Source: Podarcis cretensis (lineage: Eukaryota). Taken from it: DNA of 64,000 nt. Position numbers and translations under genes: made by a program. The number at the start of each line of letters is the position of its first letter. Position 1 is the stretch's first letter. Positions 50,660 to 62,979 of this stretch are shown here, piece after piece. The stretch is from NCBI GenBank assembly GCA_951804945.1, contig OX638164.1, positions 23,932,001 through 23,996,000 on the forward strand. Reading direction: 5' to 3'. The notes beneath the pieces were generated by a model. The model did not search any database. It was not told the DNA's origin and was given only the letters and a program-made list of their open reading frames with translations.

Positions 50660-50870
50660 GTTAGACGGCAAATAGAAAACTCATTGAATTCCTTTTATTG
50701 ATTTTAATTGGCTCTTGGATCCAGGCCGAGCTGGAGAGTGAAGGGTGATTAAATCCATAAATAGGACAGCCTAATAGATCAATTAGGCTAATGCAGTTAT
50801 TGCTTCTATAAATACAGAAGAAAGTAAGACAATTTCTTAGCTAGGCAGAGAAAAAGGAAACGCTATTTTA
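50660..50870. promoter_or_regulatory. Candidate conserved non-coding enhancer
   Basis: TTTTATTG, TTAATTGG, TGATTAAAT, CCATAAA, CAATTAG and CTATAAATA within ~200 bp of non-repetitive DNA. Confidence 0.4.
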
Positions 50871-51771
50871 ACAGAGTGGGGGAAATCTGCATGAAGTGTG
50901 GAGAATGGAGGACATTTGACCACACAATGAAAAGTACCAACTAATAGAGGCTTCTAGTCCAATAAGCAAAGGATTGGGGAGGGGGTCCTTTTGGCTGGAA
51001 AAAAGGAGTCAAGACAGGGGTGGGTCAACATCAGACCTGCTACCAAAGAGAGATAGGAGAAAGCTAGTCATAGCTCTCCCCTCTTGGTTCCCCCAGGTTT
51101 ATATTCATACATTCACAACCCATCTCCCCCATGGCCCCTGATTCCAGCTCTGCTCCAGGAAGAAAAGCGAGGTAGAGTGTGGGGAAGTGAAGGTGGGAGG
51201 CAAGGTGAAGATGGCCTCTTATGTATTTCTCCGAAAGAGGAAATGTGCCACCCAAGAAGAAGACAGCATGGATCTGCACATGATGTGCTTGTCCTAATTT
51301 ATATGTGGAGAAGCACATTTAGAAACCATTGCTGTAACTTGACTAGAAAGACAATACATCTCAGGGCAGGTGGAAAGACTATGAGCAGAGTGCCCTCTTG
51401 GCCTGCTGTGGATGTTGATGGGCACCTTCCAGGTGCCTGAAGGTCTTCTTTCTTAAACATAGGGCTCCTTCAAACTCCACCAATAGCTGCTGGGAATACC
51501 AGCTTCTGGAAATCACAAGCTGGGAGAGTGTTGTGTGAGCTTCCCATAAACATGTCATTGGCCACTATGAGGAAAGTTTCTAGACAAGATGAACCACTGG
51601 CCTGATCCAGCAGCCAGGCTTTCCCCATGTTCTTAATAATTCTGGGCAGGCCTTCACAGTTTAAATGGCCAGAGACCTTTGCAGCAGCACACAAAACAGC
51701 TTATGGTTCTGATGTATTTTGCAATGGGCGTGGGATGCAGGGAAGGAATGCAAGCTCTCCACCCCACACTC

Positions 51772-54012
51772 TTTTTTTAAAAAATAATATTTATTACTTT
51801 TAAACACTACAAAAAAGAAAAGAAAAAAGAAAAAAAGAAAAAAAGACAATACAATACAATATAAAAACATTACACAACACTAACACAATAAGCTAAACAA
51901 AACAAAACAAAAACAATTTAACACACATCATACAATTTCAATGTCATATCTTTCCTTTACTTGTTTCAACGACCTCCTCACACCTCCCTTTTTGTATTCC
52001 ACTTCTGTTAATTGTTTCAGCGATTCCTTTCCATCTTTCTCTGTTTTCTGTCCTATATTTATCTTAACATATTCTAACCTTATTTTTCCCTAATACTCTA
52101 ATAATCTATATCTATAATAATCTATCTATACTTAATTCCTTATAACATTTCTACTTAAAGCCATATAACTTCATTCCAACATTTTTCCAACATTTGTCAA
52201 TTTTACAATATTTCTATAAATAGTCTTTAAACTTTTTCCAATCTTCTTCCACCGTCTCTTCTCCCTGGTCTCGGATTCTGCCAGTCATTTTCGCCAATTC
52301 CATATAGTTCATCAACCTGGTAATCTTCTGTCCGATGCTCTTAACTCTTTTCCAAGTCCCTTCTGCAAGTCTTCTTCGTATTTATACATGCACTTTACTT
52401 TGTCTTCTACTGATCTTATTTTTATTTTCCTTCCTTTGAGGCTGAAGAGTAGATCTCGGGGAAACTCCCACCTAGAGATGATTTTGTTCCTTCTCAACAG
52501 GGTAACCAAATCTCCGTAGTTAAACCCAAAATCCAAAAGATATTTCGGGACATCTTTCAAAATTTCCACTATTGACTGTTGTTCTTCTAGGTTCTTCTGG
52601 TAGTTCCAACAGTCTCTTATTTTTCTTCTTCTCTTTTCCCCCTCCTCTTCCAAGTCTGAAGACCCTCACAATTTTAATCTCTTCTTGACCCAAGTCCAGG
52701 TCCTCAAAATCAGCAAATTCCTGCGTGATGATATCCATCAAACTCTCCTTCTCCAGTTCAAGTAGGGCTCTAATCCTCAAAATCTGATTTTCTTTAAATT
52801 CAGTCATAGAAGGCATCGACTTATGGTCATCAAATTGCATCTGTAAGGCTGGGACTCTCTCTCCAACTGTGTTACTTTAGGTTCAACGGCAACTACTTTC
52901 TCCCTAGCCTTCTCCGCAGTTTGCCATGTCAAAGTAGATTCCTGTATCAATTTCTGAATAGTTTCTGTATTGATGTTCACTTTTTGTCCCAAATTATCAA
53001 TTTTGGTAGTTACCACATCCACCTTCTTGTTAAGCTGTTCCAGTGAATTACTTATCTTACTTAATGCGACCGCTAAGGCCTCTTCTATCGACATTCTTAA
53101 CCGATTCAAGGTCAGTCCCAGAGTTTCACAGCTTTTTATGTTGCAGCTGGAAATTCCCCCAGATCAGCTCTTGTAACAGTTTCAAAAACTTCCTCTAGAG
53201 GGAAACATTTTCTATTTGTATTAGTCCTTTTAGACACAGTTCAAACAATAAAGTTAGTTTCAATTTTCAGTTACTTTTACTCCTTTTTAAATGCAGACGG
53301 AGACATTGGGAACAATGTATTTCTCTTATTTAACTAAGTGTCAGTGAACGTTCTAGTCATGGTCAATGAGCATTCCAAAAGACGTCAGTCTTACTAGCAG
53401 CCCGTTTCCAGGTTCGGAGCAGTGGTATTTTAACTTCCTTCACTCTCTCCTGCAGGCATATACAATCCAAAACTTCCCCCCTCTTCTCCTGCTTCCAAGG
53501 GGGATTTAATATTTTTTACTGATGGAAATTTAGTCCTTTACAGTAGGCTTTCCAAGACTTTAGCTTGCAGCCTCTTTGCTTCAATCTATTTACAAAAGGG
53601 GAAGGCGGACTTCCTGTTTTGAACCTCCCCATTTCGGTGCCAAATTAAGATGTTTAAAAATCCAATTCTTCACTCTACTCACGGGTAGTTGCTTTAAGAT
53701 CAAATTGTCCACAGGAAAAAGTCAGCGCTCTCCGGCAACAGCTATGTGGCTTCGCTCCGTGGAAAAAGCAATCAATTCGAAGCACTGCACCGGTCACCCC
53801 ACGTCACTCCGGATCCCCGAAACCGGGTTTCCCCACGAGTAGGGGAGGCACAAAAGGTGCCAGCTGAATCCCACATTCTCAGGCTTCACCCGCCTGTGAT
53901 TTTTAGTGGGTCTCCGCCTTCGCCGTGGTGGCCAGACCCGGATTTCCACGAAGCAAATTCCTCCCGATCAGAGGAATTCCGCCATTACCGGAGGCGCCAA
54001 CCCGGAAGTCTT
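51772..54012 (-). mobile_element. Short L1-type element: 5'UTR + frameshifted ORF1 + last ~40 codons of ORF2 + 3'UTR/poly(A)
   Basis: Perfect 12-bp TSD caccccacactc (51760-51771, 54013-54024). Minus-strand AATAAA at 51790-51795 with an A7 tail. CpG-rich 5' end. ORF2-like tip LMNYMELAKMTGRIRDQGEETVEEDWKKFKDYL. Confidence 0.85.
52312..53109 (-). pseudogene. L1 ORF1p-like (coiled coil - RRM - CTD), frameshifted
   Basis: Three overlapping minus-strand ORFs (52804..53109 heptad-rich; 52520..52840 ILRIRAL...VFRLG; 52312..52653 ILKDVP...LRRNKI..RWEFP) form an L1 ORF1-like architecture. Confidence 0.75.
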
Positions 54013-54050
54013 CACCCCACACTCATCTGTGTATGGGCCAGTGTATGGGC

Positions 54051-54520
54051 CAGGGATGGAAGGATCCATTGGTTTCAATTATCTCAGTCCCTCCTAATTC
54101 CAATCTTAAATTCCATTCTTCCCATGTCTGCAGCAATCTGTGATTTGGGGAGAGCTGTAACTCAAAGTTTCACATTTCCCTCACCCCCCCTATGAAAATT
54201 CATCAGCATTTTAGTTTGAATTTCTCGCATAAAGCATTTTTGTACAGAGTTTTGACTAATGTACACTTTTCTCGTAAGTAATCTGTTCCAATAAACTGAA
54301 TTTCTGCACGTTATTTTCACTACTATATTCCTTTTAATGCGAATCTTCCCTAATATTTGCATTTTTGTAAATGTTCTTTGGCTGGCGAATATACATTGCA
54401 AAGTTCAGATACATGCAAATTTCAGAGGATGGCTGTGTTTGGGTTTTCATATTGTTTTGAAAAGTGCAAATTTGATAGATTCAGCTTCATACGAGAACTG
54501 GATGGAATTTCTTCCCATCC
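54051..54520. mobile_element. AT-rich non-autonomous hAT-like element (YAGGGATG ends); degenerate copies near 7186-7620, 11138-11810, 12560-12915, 14590-14840, 22630-23040, 35205-35607, 46263-46893, 55590-56034
   Basis: cagggatg...catcc ends with near-TSD (g/a)tatgggc; shared internal motifs such as aattcacacttctctgaattttg and aaaatgctggtgaattttcatgagg. Confidence 0.55.
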
Positions 54521-54583
54521 ATATGGGCAGTGGCTATGCACAGGCTCCTGCCACATTTGGTGGGTGCTAGGATGGTATCTAGA

Positions 54584-54955
54584 GGGACGTGGGTGGCGCT
54601 GTGGGTTAAACCACAGAACCTAGGGCTTGCCGATCAGAAGGTTGGCGGTTTGAATCTCCGCGACGGGGTGAGCTCCCGTTGCTCGGTCCCTGCTCCTGCC
54701 AACCTAGCAGTTCGAAAGCACCTCAAAGTGCAAGTAGATAAATAGGTACCGCTCCGGTGGGAAGGTAAAGGGCGTTTCCGTGTGCTGCTCTGGTTCTCCA
54801 GAAGCAGCTTAGTCATGTTGGCCACATGCCTGGAAGCTGTCTGCAGACAAACGGCAGCTCCCTCAGCCTATAGAGTGAGATGAGCGCACAACCCCAGAGT
54901 CGGTCACGACTGGACCTAATGGTCAGGGGTACCTTTACCTTTACCTTTACCTTTA
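54584..54955 (+). mobile_element. Sauria SINE
   Basis: Full head to (accttt)4 tail; TSD ctaggatggt(a/g)tct at 54567-54580 and 54956-54969. Confidence 0.93.
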
Positions 54956-57787
54956 CTAGGATGGTGTCTTGCACCCTGTCTGCCATGCATATAAGGTGCT
55001 TCCCTGTATCTCCCTACCAGTCACAAGACAAAAGGCCTGTTGTGCAAAACCCACTTCTCCTTTTCCTCTTTATTGTTCTCCATTCCTTCACATCCCTCCT
55101 GCTGGTGCCCTGGCTCAAATTAACCCCCGAGGAGTGACTGATGAGATGACAACGTTAAGCACTATCTGAAAACAAGGGGCTCGCATTTTCCTTGCCTGCA
55201 TTTATGTTGCCATGAAGAAGGCGACGTTCTTCTGCCAGGAAATCTGTACATTTGGATTTACACGCTGCGCTTTGGCCACTGGGGCAGCATCCGTCATGCT
55301 AATAGACAGGCGCAGCCGACAAGCGGCACTCGGTGAGTGAGGACGAGATCTGCAGCCTTCATGCTTGGCAGAACCTGCCCCTTTCCCAAGGGGGGCTCTT
55401 AGGATTTGCTTGCACGGCCCAACAAAGGAGGGGGGAAGGAGGCATCCCAGAATCCTCTGCTGCCCCTTCCAAGTCCTCCTCTCCCTGTTGTACCTCATAC
55501 CTGGTGCTCCTAAGAGGGGCAGATTCCCACCGTCCAACAAAACCAGCTCTGCCTGGATACAAATGGGCAACCTGTCAGTTTTGGTTTCTCCTCATCCCCC
55601 CCCCATCTTAAATTCAGCTCTCTGCAGTTCCACATCAGTTTGTGAATGTGTGTTTTTTTCAGGTCCTCAGAAAAACTCATCACAGCTTTATGATAGGGTG
55701 CCCCCCCCCAATCTTAACACCTATTTGTGTGTTATTTTCACTGATCACTGCATTTACATGCACAATTGACCTTTATATATATTGTTTTAATTTTTTTTTA
55801 ATTTTGTAACCCACTTTGGGACTTTAGAATGAAGGGTTCAATAATTAAATCATCATAATAATCAATGCATTTGTGTACACTTGGCTGGAGAACTGCATTG
55901 CAGAATTGGGAGAATTTTGAGTGTGGATTTTGAAGGAAGGCTCTCCTTTGGTTCATGTATTCATTTGAGAAGTGCAGATCAGATAAGTCTGCCTTTCAAT
56001 GCAAATGGAATCGTTTTCCTCCCCGCACTCCCTAGAAATGGAACAAGTGTCTAGGGGGCACAGCCCTTCCCTAACCAACAGTTTTATCCTCACAACAACA
56101 ACCCTTTGTGGTGGGTAGGGTGGTAGTGTTAGGTTGAGAGATAGTGGCTGGCCTGAGGCCACTAAGCCAGCTTCTTGGCTGCTGAAACCAGGCCTGTCCC
56201 AGGCAGCCTCCTATCTGGAATTGGGCTCAGACTTGCTTAGCTTCTTTGGTACAGTTGCTGCGTTGCACTTTTAGGCCGTGCCCAGAGATGTCCTGCGTGT
56301 TTGCTAATCCACGCAGGGTTAAAAATGGACTGAGCTGGGAGTCCTCTCAGCTACTGCAAAACTCCTCTTGGGCAAGCCAGCTATGAAATATTACTTTGTT
56401 GTCTTCATGCTTTCTTCCTTGCTAGATAGAGGGAGGGAGGGAAAGTTGTAAAAAGATGCAGCTGCATAAATTATTGATCCCGGGCAGAATTAAAATTAAT
56501 ATAGAATGAATATTTACTGCGGCAGATCAAGCACTCGGCTACAGAACTTTGCTGAGAGATCAGCAATATAATTCGGGATGTGGAAGACAAGCCGTTTTGT
56601 CTTCGGAAAAGTGCTGCATGTAATCCTCTGCCCCTTAAAAAAAAAAAAAATCAATCCATATTTAGCACCTGTGGAGTCCAGGTTTTCAAACGAAGGGGAG
56701 CGGACTTGTATAACCAATGCAAACGGTGAAAATTAAGGAAATTAGCAGGCATTGCTTTGATTGTCATTACCCATGCATCCACACACCCATTAGCAGACAT
56801 GCACACAAATGGCTTCGTTACACTGAACTTGTGTACAAGTGTTTGTGTGAACAGGTGTGCACTTCTTGCTTTGCACAGCTTGAGTGGACACAGAGAGTAT
56901 GCTCACTGTACATTATGTGTGAATACTATATAAACATAGACCCAACTATTTGTGTGCGCAGGCACACAAAAGTTGTACATTGCTTGGATATAACGTGTGA
57001 ACACCCTGCAAATGCACACACTGTACATACGCTGATTCAGAAACACCTAACAATTGTCAGTGAGAAAGACTTGTAAGTCTGCCTTGCTACAAGTCAGCTT
57101 TCTGAGCTTTCTGCACATGTCCAAAGAATGTTGTGTGGCATAGGGTCCCCTGCTATTTCTCAAATGGTAACTCTTTCTGTCTATGGAATCCATAGCATGT
57201 GACATGATTTCAGACTTCAGAATTCTCAGCCATGGCTTTTGATATCGAAGACTGGCAGTATTGTTTGGCATGAGCAGGCATTTGCCAGGGCTCCACATCT
57301 TAGCAAGTGGCCCACTGGCCAGAACAGGGGCCCCAATGCTTTGAAAAGGTAGACTCACTGAGGGAGGGAACCATAATATCTTGCCTCCAAATCTGGAGCC
57401 AGCACTGTTACTACCAATAATATCATCAGAAGAGGAACTATCTCCCTTTGGAGATACTGCATGTACCTACAGCATTTGTGTTTCACTGCATCTGCTTGAC
57501 CAGGCATATTCTGACTGCCAAGTTTTAGGACTCAGCTATACAGTTGCAAATAAAACATTTTAAGTATGTTTTAATGTGCAATATGTAAATGTGACACTAG
57601 ATGGTGACAGTGAGCTATGCCAAATTAAATGTATTTTTCAAAACTTTTTTTAAAAAAGCATTTTCACAGCTTATTTTTATATGTGTGTAGATTCCACCTT
57701 AGTATTAACTTCTAATGCACCTTTGTATATCATTTTGCTTATTCTGGTTTATTGTAGATGTGTGATTTTACAAAGTAAGTTGCCTTG

Positions 57788-58288
57788 ACAGCATCTTAAA
57801 AAGCAGAGACATCACCTTGCCGACTAAGGTCCGTATAATTAAAGCTATGGTTTTCCCAGTAGTGATGTGTGGAAGTGAGAGCTGGACCATAAAGAAGGCT
57901 GATCGCCGAAGAATTGATGCTTTTAAATTATGGTGCTGGAGGAGACTCTTGAGAGTCCCATGGACTGCAAGAAGATCAAACCTCTCCATTCTGAAGGAAA
58001 TCAGCCCTGAGTGCTCACTGGAAGGACAGATCCTGAAGCTGAGGCTCCAATACTTTGGCTACCTCATGAGAAGAGAAGACTCCCTGGAAAAGACCCTGAT
58101 GTTGGGAAAGATGGAGGGCACAAGGAGAAGGGGACGACAGAGGACGAGATGGTTGGATAGTGTTCTCGAAGCTACCAGCATGAGTTTGCCCAAACTGCGG
58201 GAGGAAGTGGAAGACAGGAGCGCCTGGCATGCTCTGGTCCATGGGGTCACAAAGAGTCGGACACAACTAAATGACTAAATAACAACAA
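57788..58288 (+). mobile_element. Bov-B (RTE clade) LINE, 5'-truncated 3' end
   Basis: ORF 57817..58278 encodes the Bov-B RT C-terminus (RVPWTARRSNLSILKEISPECSLEGQILKLRLQYFG...). (CAA)n tail; 11-bp TSD aagttgccttg at 57777-57787 and 58289-58299. Confidence 0.95.
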
Positions 58289-61169
58289 AAGTTGCCTTGT
58301 ATGGAATCTTTGGTACTTCTACCTCTGTACTGCCTGTACTGACTGGCAGCAACTCACCAGGGTGAGGCAAGAGCTTTTTTCAGTCCTACCTGGAGATGCT
58401 AAGGATTGAATGTGTGAGAGGTATCTGCTCCACCTCTGAGCTATGGCCATTCCCCATTGCATTGCTCCTTTGTAAACCAGATTGGAAATATTAAGGTGAA
58501 AGAGATGACATATAAGCAATTTTCAATAACAACAAATATAACATGTTCACATGGCCTGATCTATCAGGAACATTGGGCATCTACTTTCCTGGCAAAGGGC
58601 TTGGCTAGATGAGCATCATGGACCTCATAGACTCCCCCTCCTCTGATTCTTTTGAATGTCTGCATTCAAGCCGGTCTAGTCCAGTTTTGGCAGAAAACAC
58701 TCGTTGGAGTCTGTGATCAATCCTGTAGCTAACTGAGCTAACTTAACTCCTTCCTTCCTTTGGCATGTTGTGCCCCCTGGGGGAGAAAGGAAGCAGCATC
58801 TGTTCTCTCAGCAAGAAGCAGAAGATGATCCTTGGAGGCTGGTTACTAAACAGCAGAGGGAGGATTTGAAGATGTAGAACACGGCCAAGCATAAAGAGCC
58901 TATCAGCCCACTGGGCACCTGCTGGGGGAGAAGGAATTGCAGACAGCTCCCATGCTGAGTAAGTGCCCGGCTTAACAGATACACATAGCACAGATGGGGA
59001 AGAGCAGGCCTCGTGCACAGTGGAGCAAATCCACCAGCATTTGGCACCAGGAAAAAATAAATTAGGAGCAGGAGTTACAGCGAGAGAGCAAGTGGATTAT
59101 TGCTGAGAAAGGAGTGAAATTTTCTAAGGCTGCCACTGCTGTGGAGAGATGAAATGTTCACTTCCAAATGGGTCACTTGTTGCACTTAGGATAAGACATG
59201 GTTTCTTCTTATTATTTTCATTAAAAAAGTAAAATCACAGATCATATTTATTTGTTTATAAGAATACAACACAATTCTGCTGCATCAGACTAAATGGCCC
59301 TCCTGGTCTAGCATCCTGTCCTCTCAGTGGTCAGCAAGACCCGAGTGCAAGTCTCCTGCAGTTTCCAGCAACAGAATCTATGTTGAACAGACATAGTCTG
59401 AACAGTCACATGCACACCTTTCCCACCAAGAAAAGAGGTCTCCATGTTCTGCCAGTGGGACCCTTGGGATCTGATCCAGGAGCCATGGCTTTTGGGATGC
59501 TCTTAAAGCAGTGTTTCCTAAGCCACTACAGGGCACCTGAGGACCATACAGCCCTGATGGGAGGGGAGAAAGAGAAAAGGAGAGAAAGGAGAAGGTGTCT
59601 AGAGAAATGTCCTATAATTCTGTATCCAGTGAAGTTTAGAATCCAGCAGAATAACTTTTGTGGGCTGGATGAAGATGTGGAAAGCAGTGGGAGTGGCATG
59701 CAACAGAAAGGAACTGGCAGCTGCAAGCATATGCCTCAAACACTCCTCTGGCCTTCTTTGCCATTTGAGAAGATTTTGTCCTGCAATGCTCACAAAGAAC
59801 TACTTGCCCACTGTACAACTGGGACTTTTGGATCATGGATGAGTCCCTGAGAAGTTTGTAAAAGAGTGCTCCTCACCCCTCTGTGGTTCCTCCTCCAACC
59901 TCTGCTGAAAGGCAACTGTGAGGCTTCGCTGTTTCACAGGGTCCAGCAAGGATGCTAAAGATGCAGTGGTTGCTAGACAACAACAAAAAGTGCTCCCTTA
60001 ATCAGCTGTGAGGCGGCAGCTGCGGAAAATAGGAGGTAGTAAAATGGAGAGGGAAGAAAATCAGGAATGGAAGAGGGCAAGGGAGGGCATCTAGCCTGGC
60101 ACCATTTATTGTGGGAATTAGCACTTGCTATTAGAGCTTATGCCCACAGCTTTCCTAATGATGCGAGTTATTCAGACTGGAGAAGATTTCATAATGTTAG
60201 GGGAAAGCTGCTTATCTCCTTCCCAATACAAAACTGGCAGAGCACAATTAAATCTTATATTGAGGATGCCTATAGGTCAGGGATGGGGAACCTGTGGTGC
60301 ACCAGCTGCTGTTGGACTCCAACTCCAGTCAGCCCCAGCCAGCACGGCCAATGCTCAGGCATGATGGGACTTGTAGTGCAGAAACACCTGCAGGGACACA
60401 AGTTCCCTAGACCTCATATAGGTACACAGAAGAATTACAGGCAGCCAGGGAAATCTGTGTAGGATTCAGGGGTGTGAATCAAGAGTCAGTTCAGTGCTCA
60501 TTTCCATATAATTTGCAAACAGATTCCCCCCCCCCCCCCGGAAGTCAAGAACATGGATGTGAGCACTAAATCTGTGCTATATTCCTTAATATTTCTGGAA
60601 GTGGCTTTTGCATCATGTGAAAGCTCAAATATAATGCAGGTACGGAAATGTTAGAGAAATGGAACAAAATGCCATGAGAAAGCAACTTGAGACTAAGGAG
60701 GAATGCTACCCCCTGGACTGGTTGCATGCAAGAAGGCAGGCAAGTGGGGCCAAGTGGAGGGCAGACTGAGGTTGGCGAGGCCATGCCCCATTTCCCCTAA
60801 TAGACCAGTCTTCGCTGCACATGACATTGAGACCTGTCACATACAGCATCTATCCCTTGCAATTCCAGATTATATTAGGTCACTCTAGATAATGCCTGAA
60901 ACTTAAAGCTGCATCTCTGATATTCAGAGTTCTGGTGATTGTATTTGTCTCACTTAACCTGGCTCGAGAAGATCTCCTCACTGGGGCAAAATCCCCTGGA
61001 GATTGAAGCATCTGTTTATTCTCGGACACTCCCGAAAACAGGTAATTTTTCTTCCACCATCCTCTCTTTGCACGCAGCACCCACATAAATATTGGCATGG
61101 TGCATGCATCTCCATAAATTAAAGAAACTCACCCTGTCGGTTTAGCATTCAACAGCAGACAGAGCAAGC

Positions 61170-61560
61170 AGGGAAGACAAGAACGATGCAGATTCTCATT
61201 AGCAGGTGTAAATTAGCATAGCTTGCTTGGCTGAAAAGGAGGTGGAACATTGTTGATTGTCACCAATGGAGAAATTGGACCCAGTATATTTTTCTTACCC
61301 CCTTTCATGTTTTATGATGTAGTCTAATTTCTTTCCTGTTTTTTTTATACCCTCCCCACTTCTGCATTATAAATTATGGCAGGGATAGGGAAAAAAGGTC
61401 CTGTGTTTCTGTTGTTGTGGAGAAAGCCTTTCATTAATCAAAGTTAATTGTAATCAGCTGTTGGGCCCTATAAATAATCAACTGTGTCATGGAGATACGG
61501 AACGAATCCACCCAAATTATGCTAATGAAGATGATTAGGCTTTATAAAATTTCAGTACAG
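61170..61560. promoter_or_regulatory. Candidate conserved non-coding enhancer
   Basis: Dense homeodomain/Sox-like sites (TAAATTAG, CATTGTT, TTTTATGA, ATTAATCA, TTAATTG, TTTATAAAA). Confidence 0.35.
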
Positions 61561-61823
61561 CAAAGCAATCAAGCAGGAAAATTTCCATTTCTGTATGTCT
61601 CTTGTGCGTAGGTGTCCAGGGGGCAGGAGGTGCACCTATTAAATGGAGGTGGGGGGGTTCAAAGGAAAAATGAAAAGGAGCCCAATCTTCTGCCTGGGAG
61701 ACTCCAACTGATGTTGTAGCCAATGTGCTTTAGAGACTGCAAAAATGGTTAGTGACAAGCATGTCCTGTGATAGGATGTAAAGAAACACCGAACATGTGA
61801 GTAAATGCATGTACATTCCTTGA

Positions 61824-62015
61824 AACAAAATAAAAAAATTCCTTCCAGTAGCACCTTAAAGACCAACTAGGTTAGTACTTGGTATGAGCTTTCGTGTGCA
61901 TGCACACGAAAGCTCATACCAAGTACTAACCTAGTTGGTCTTTAAGGTGCTACTGGAAGGAATTTTTTTATTTTGTTTTGACTATGGCAGACCAACACGG
62001 CTACCTATCTGTAAC
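61824..62015 (+). mobile_element. Penelope-like retroelement terminal fragment with inverted duplication (perfect 156-bp palindrome 61823-61978)
   Basis: gtgtgcatgcacacgaaagctcatacc...ttggtctttaaggtgctactgg...gcagaccaacacggctacc resembles squamate Penelope pseudo-LTR ends (recalled). 14-bp TSD tgtacattccttga at 61810-61823 and 62016-62029. Confidence 0.8.
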
Positions 62016-62630
62016 TGTACATTCCTTGATTATTGTAGGTGCAGGTGTCCACACATTTCAAAGTGCCAAGGTGTATTTGTTTGAACTGCAGCAGCCAGGC
62101 TTAAGCACCCTGACATCCTGTGCTTTCAGGATTTTGGTTTCACAGCAATCGTGACAGGCTTAGCTCTGTGTGCAAGAATGCCACCTCGGCTGCAGGATCA
62201 CCCTGATTGAGTATGTATTGGTTTAAAGTACTGTTTCTATCATCCTCCTCTGTCAAAGAAAAGAAAAGAAAGGCTTTTGGAGGTGTTGAGGGTCCCATGC
62301 ATCAAGGAGCTATGTGCGAATGGGCCGTCACACATCTAGCATCACCAATAGACCTTTAATTATTTCCATGCCTCAAAACACAAAGCTTTTCAATGTTGTC
62401 AGATTCAGATTTGTGCATGTGTAGCTAGTCATTTGACCATCACAAAACCAGAGTTTTAAGAAACGGAAGGATGTATCCATATGAAGGTTTTCATATGGGA
62501 TCTTAGGGCGACGGGCAGGCAATTAACCACAACACAAAGTCAACATCAATAAGAATAAAACTTTATACAACCCATAAAATCCTTAAAATTCTGAATTTTC
62601 CCTGAGTCCACAGCCTTCCCCTCCTTTTAA

Positions 62631-62979
62631 AGGTAAAGGGACCCCTGACCATTAGGTCCAGTTGTGGCCGACTCTGGGGTTGCGGCGCTCATCTCGCTTT
62701 ATTGGCTGAGGGAGCCGGCGTACAGCTTCCTGGTCATGTGACCAGCATGACTAAGCCGCTTCTGGCAAACCAGAGCAGTGCATGGAAACGCCGTTTACCT
62801 TCCCACCGGAGTGGTACCTATTTATCTACTTGCACTTTGATGGGCTTTCAAACTGCTAGGTTGGCAGGAGCTGGGACCGAGCAACGGGAGCTCACCCCAT
62901 CGCAGGGATTTGAACCGCCGACCTTCTGATCGGCAAGTCCTAGGCTCTGTGGTTTAACCCACATCGTCACCTGCGTCCC
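62631..62979 (-). mobile_element. Sauria SINE
   Basis: Reverse-complement consensus; TSD tcccc(t/c)ccttttaa at 62617-62630 and 62984-62997. Confidence 0.92.

Noticed and set aside
61894-61920. Active hammerhead ribozyme
   Set aside because: Only the stem II and GAAA half is present; the CUGANGA core is replaced by the inverted arm, so self-cleavage is not expected.
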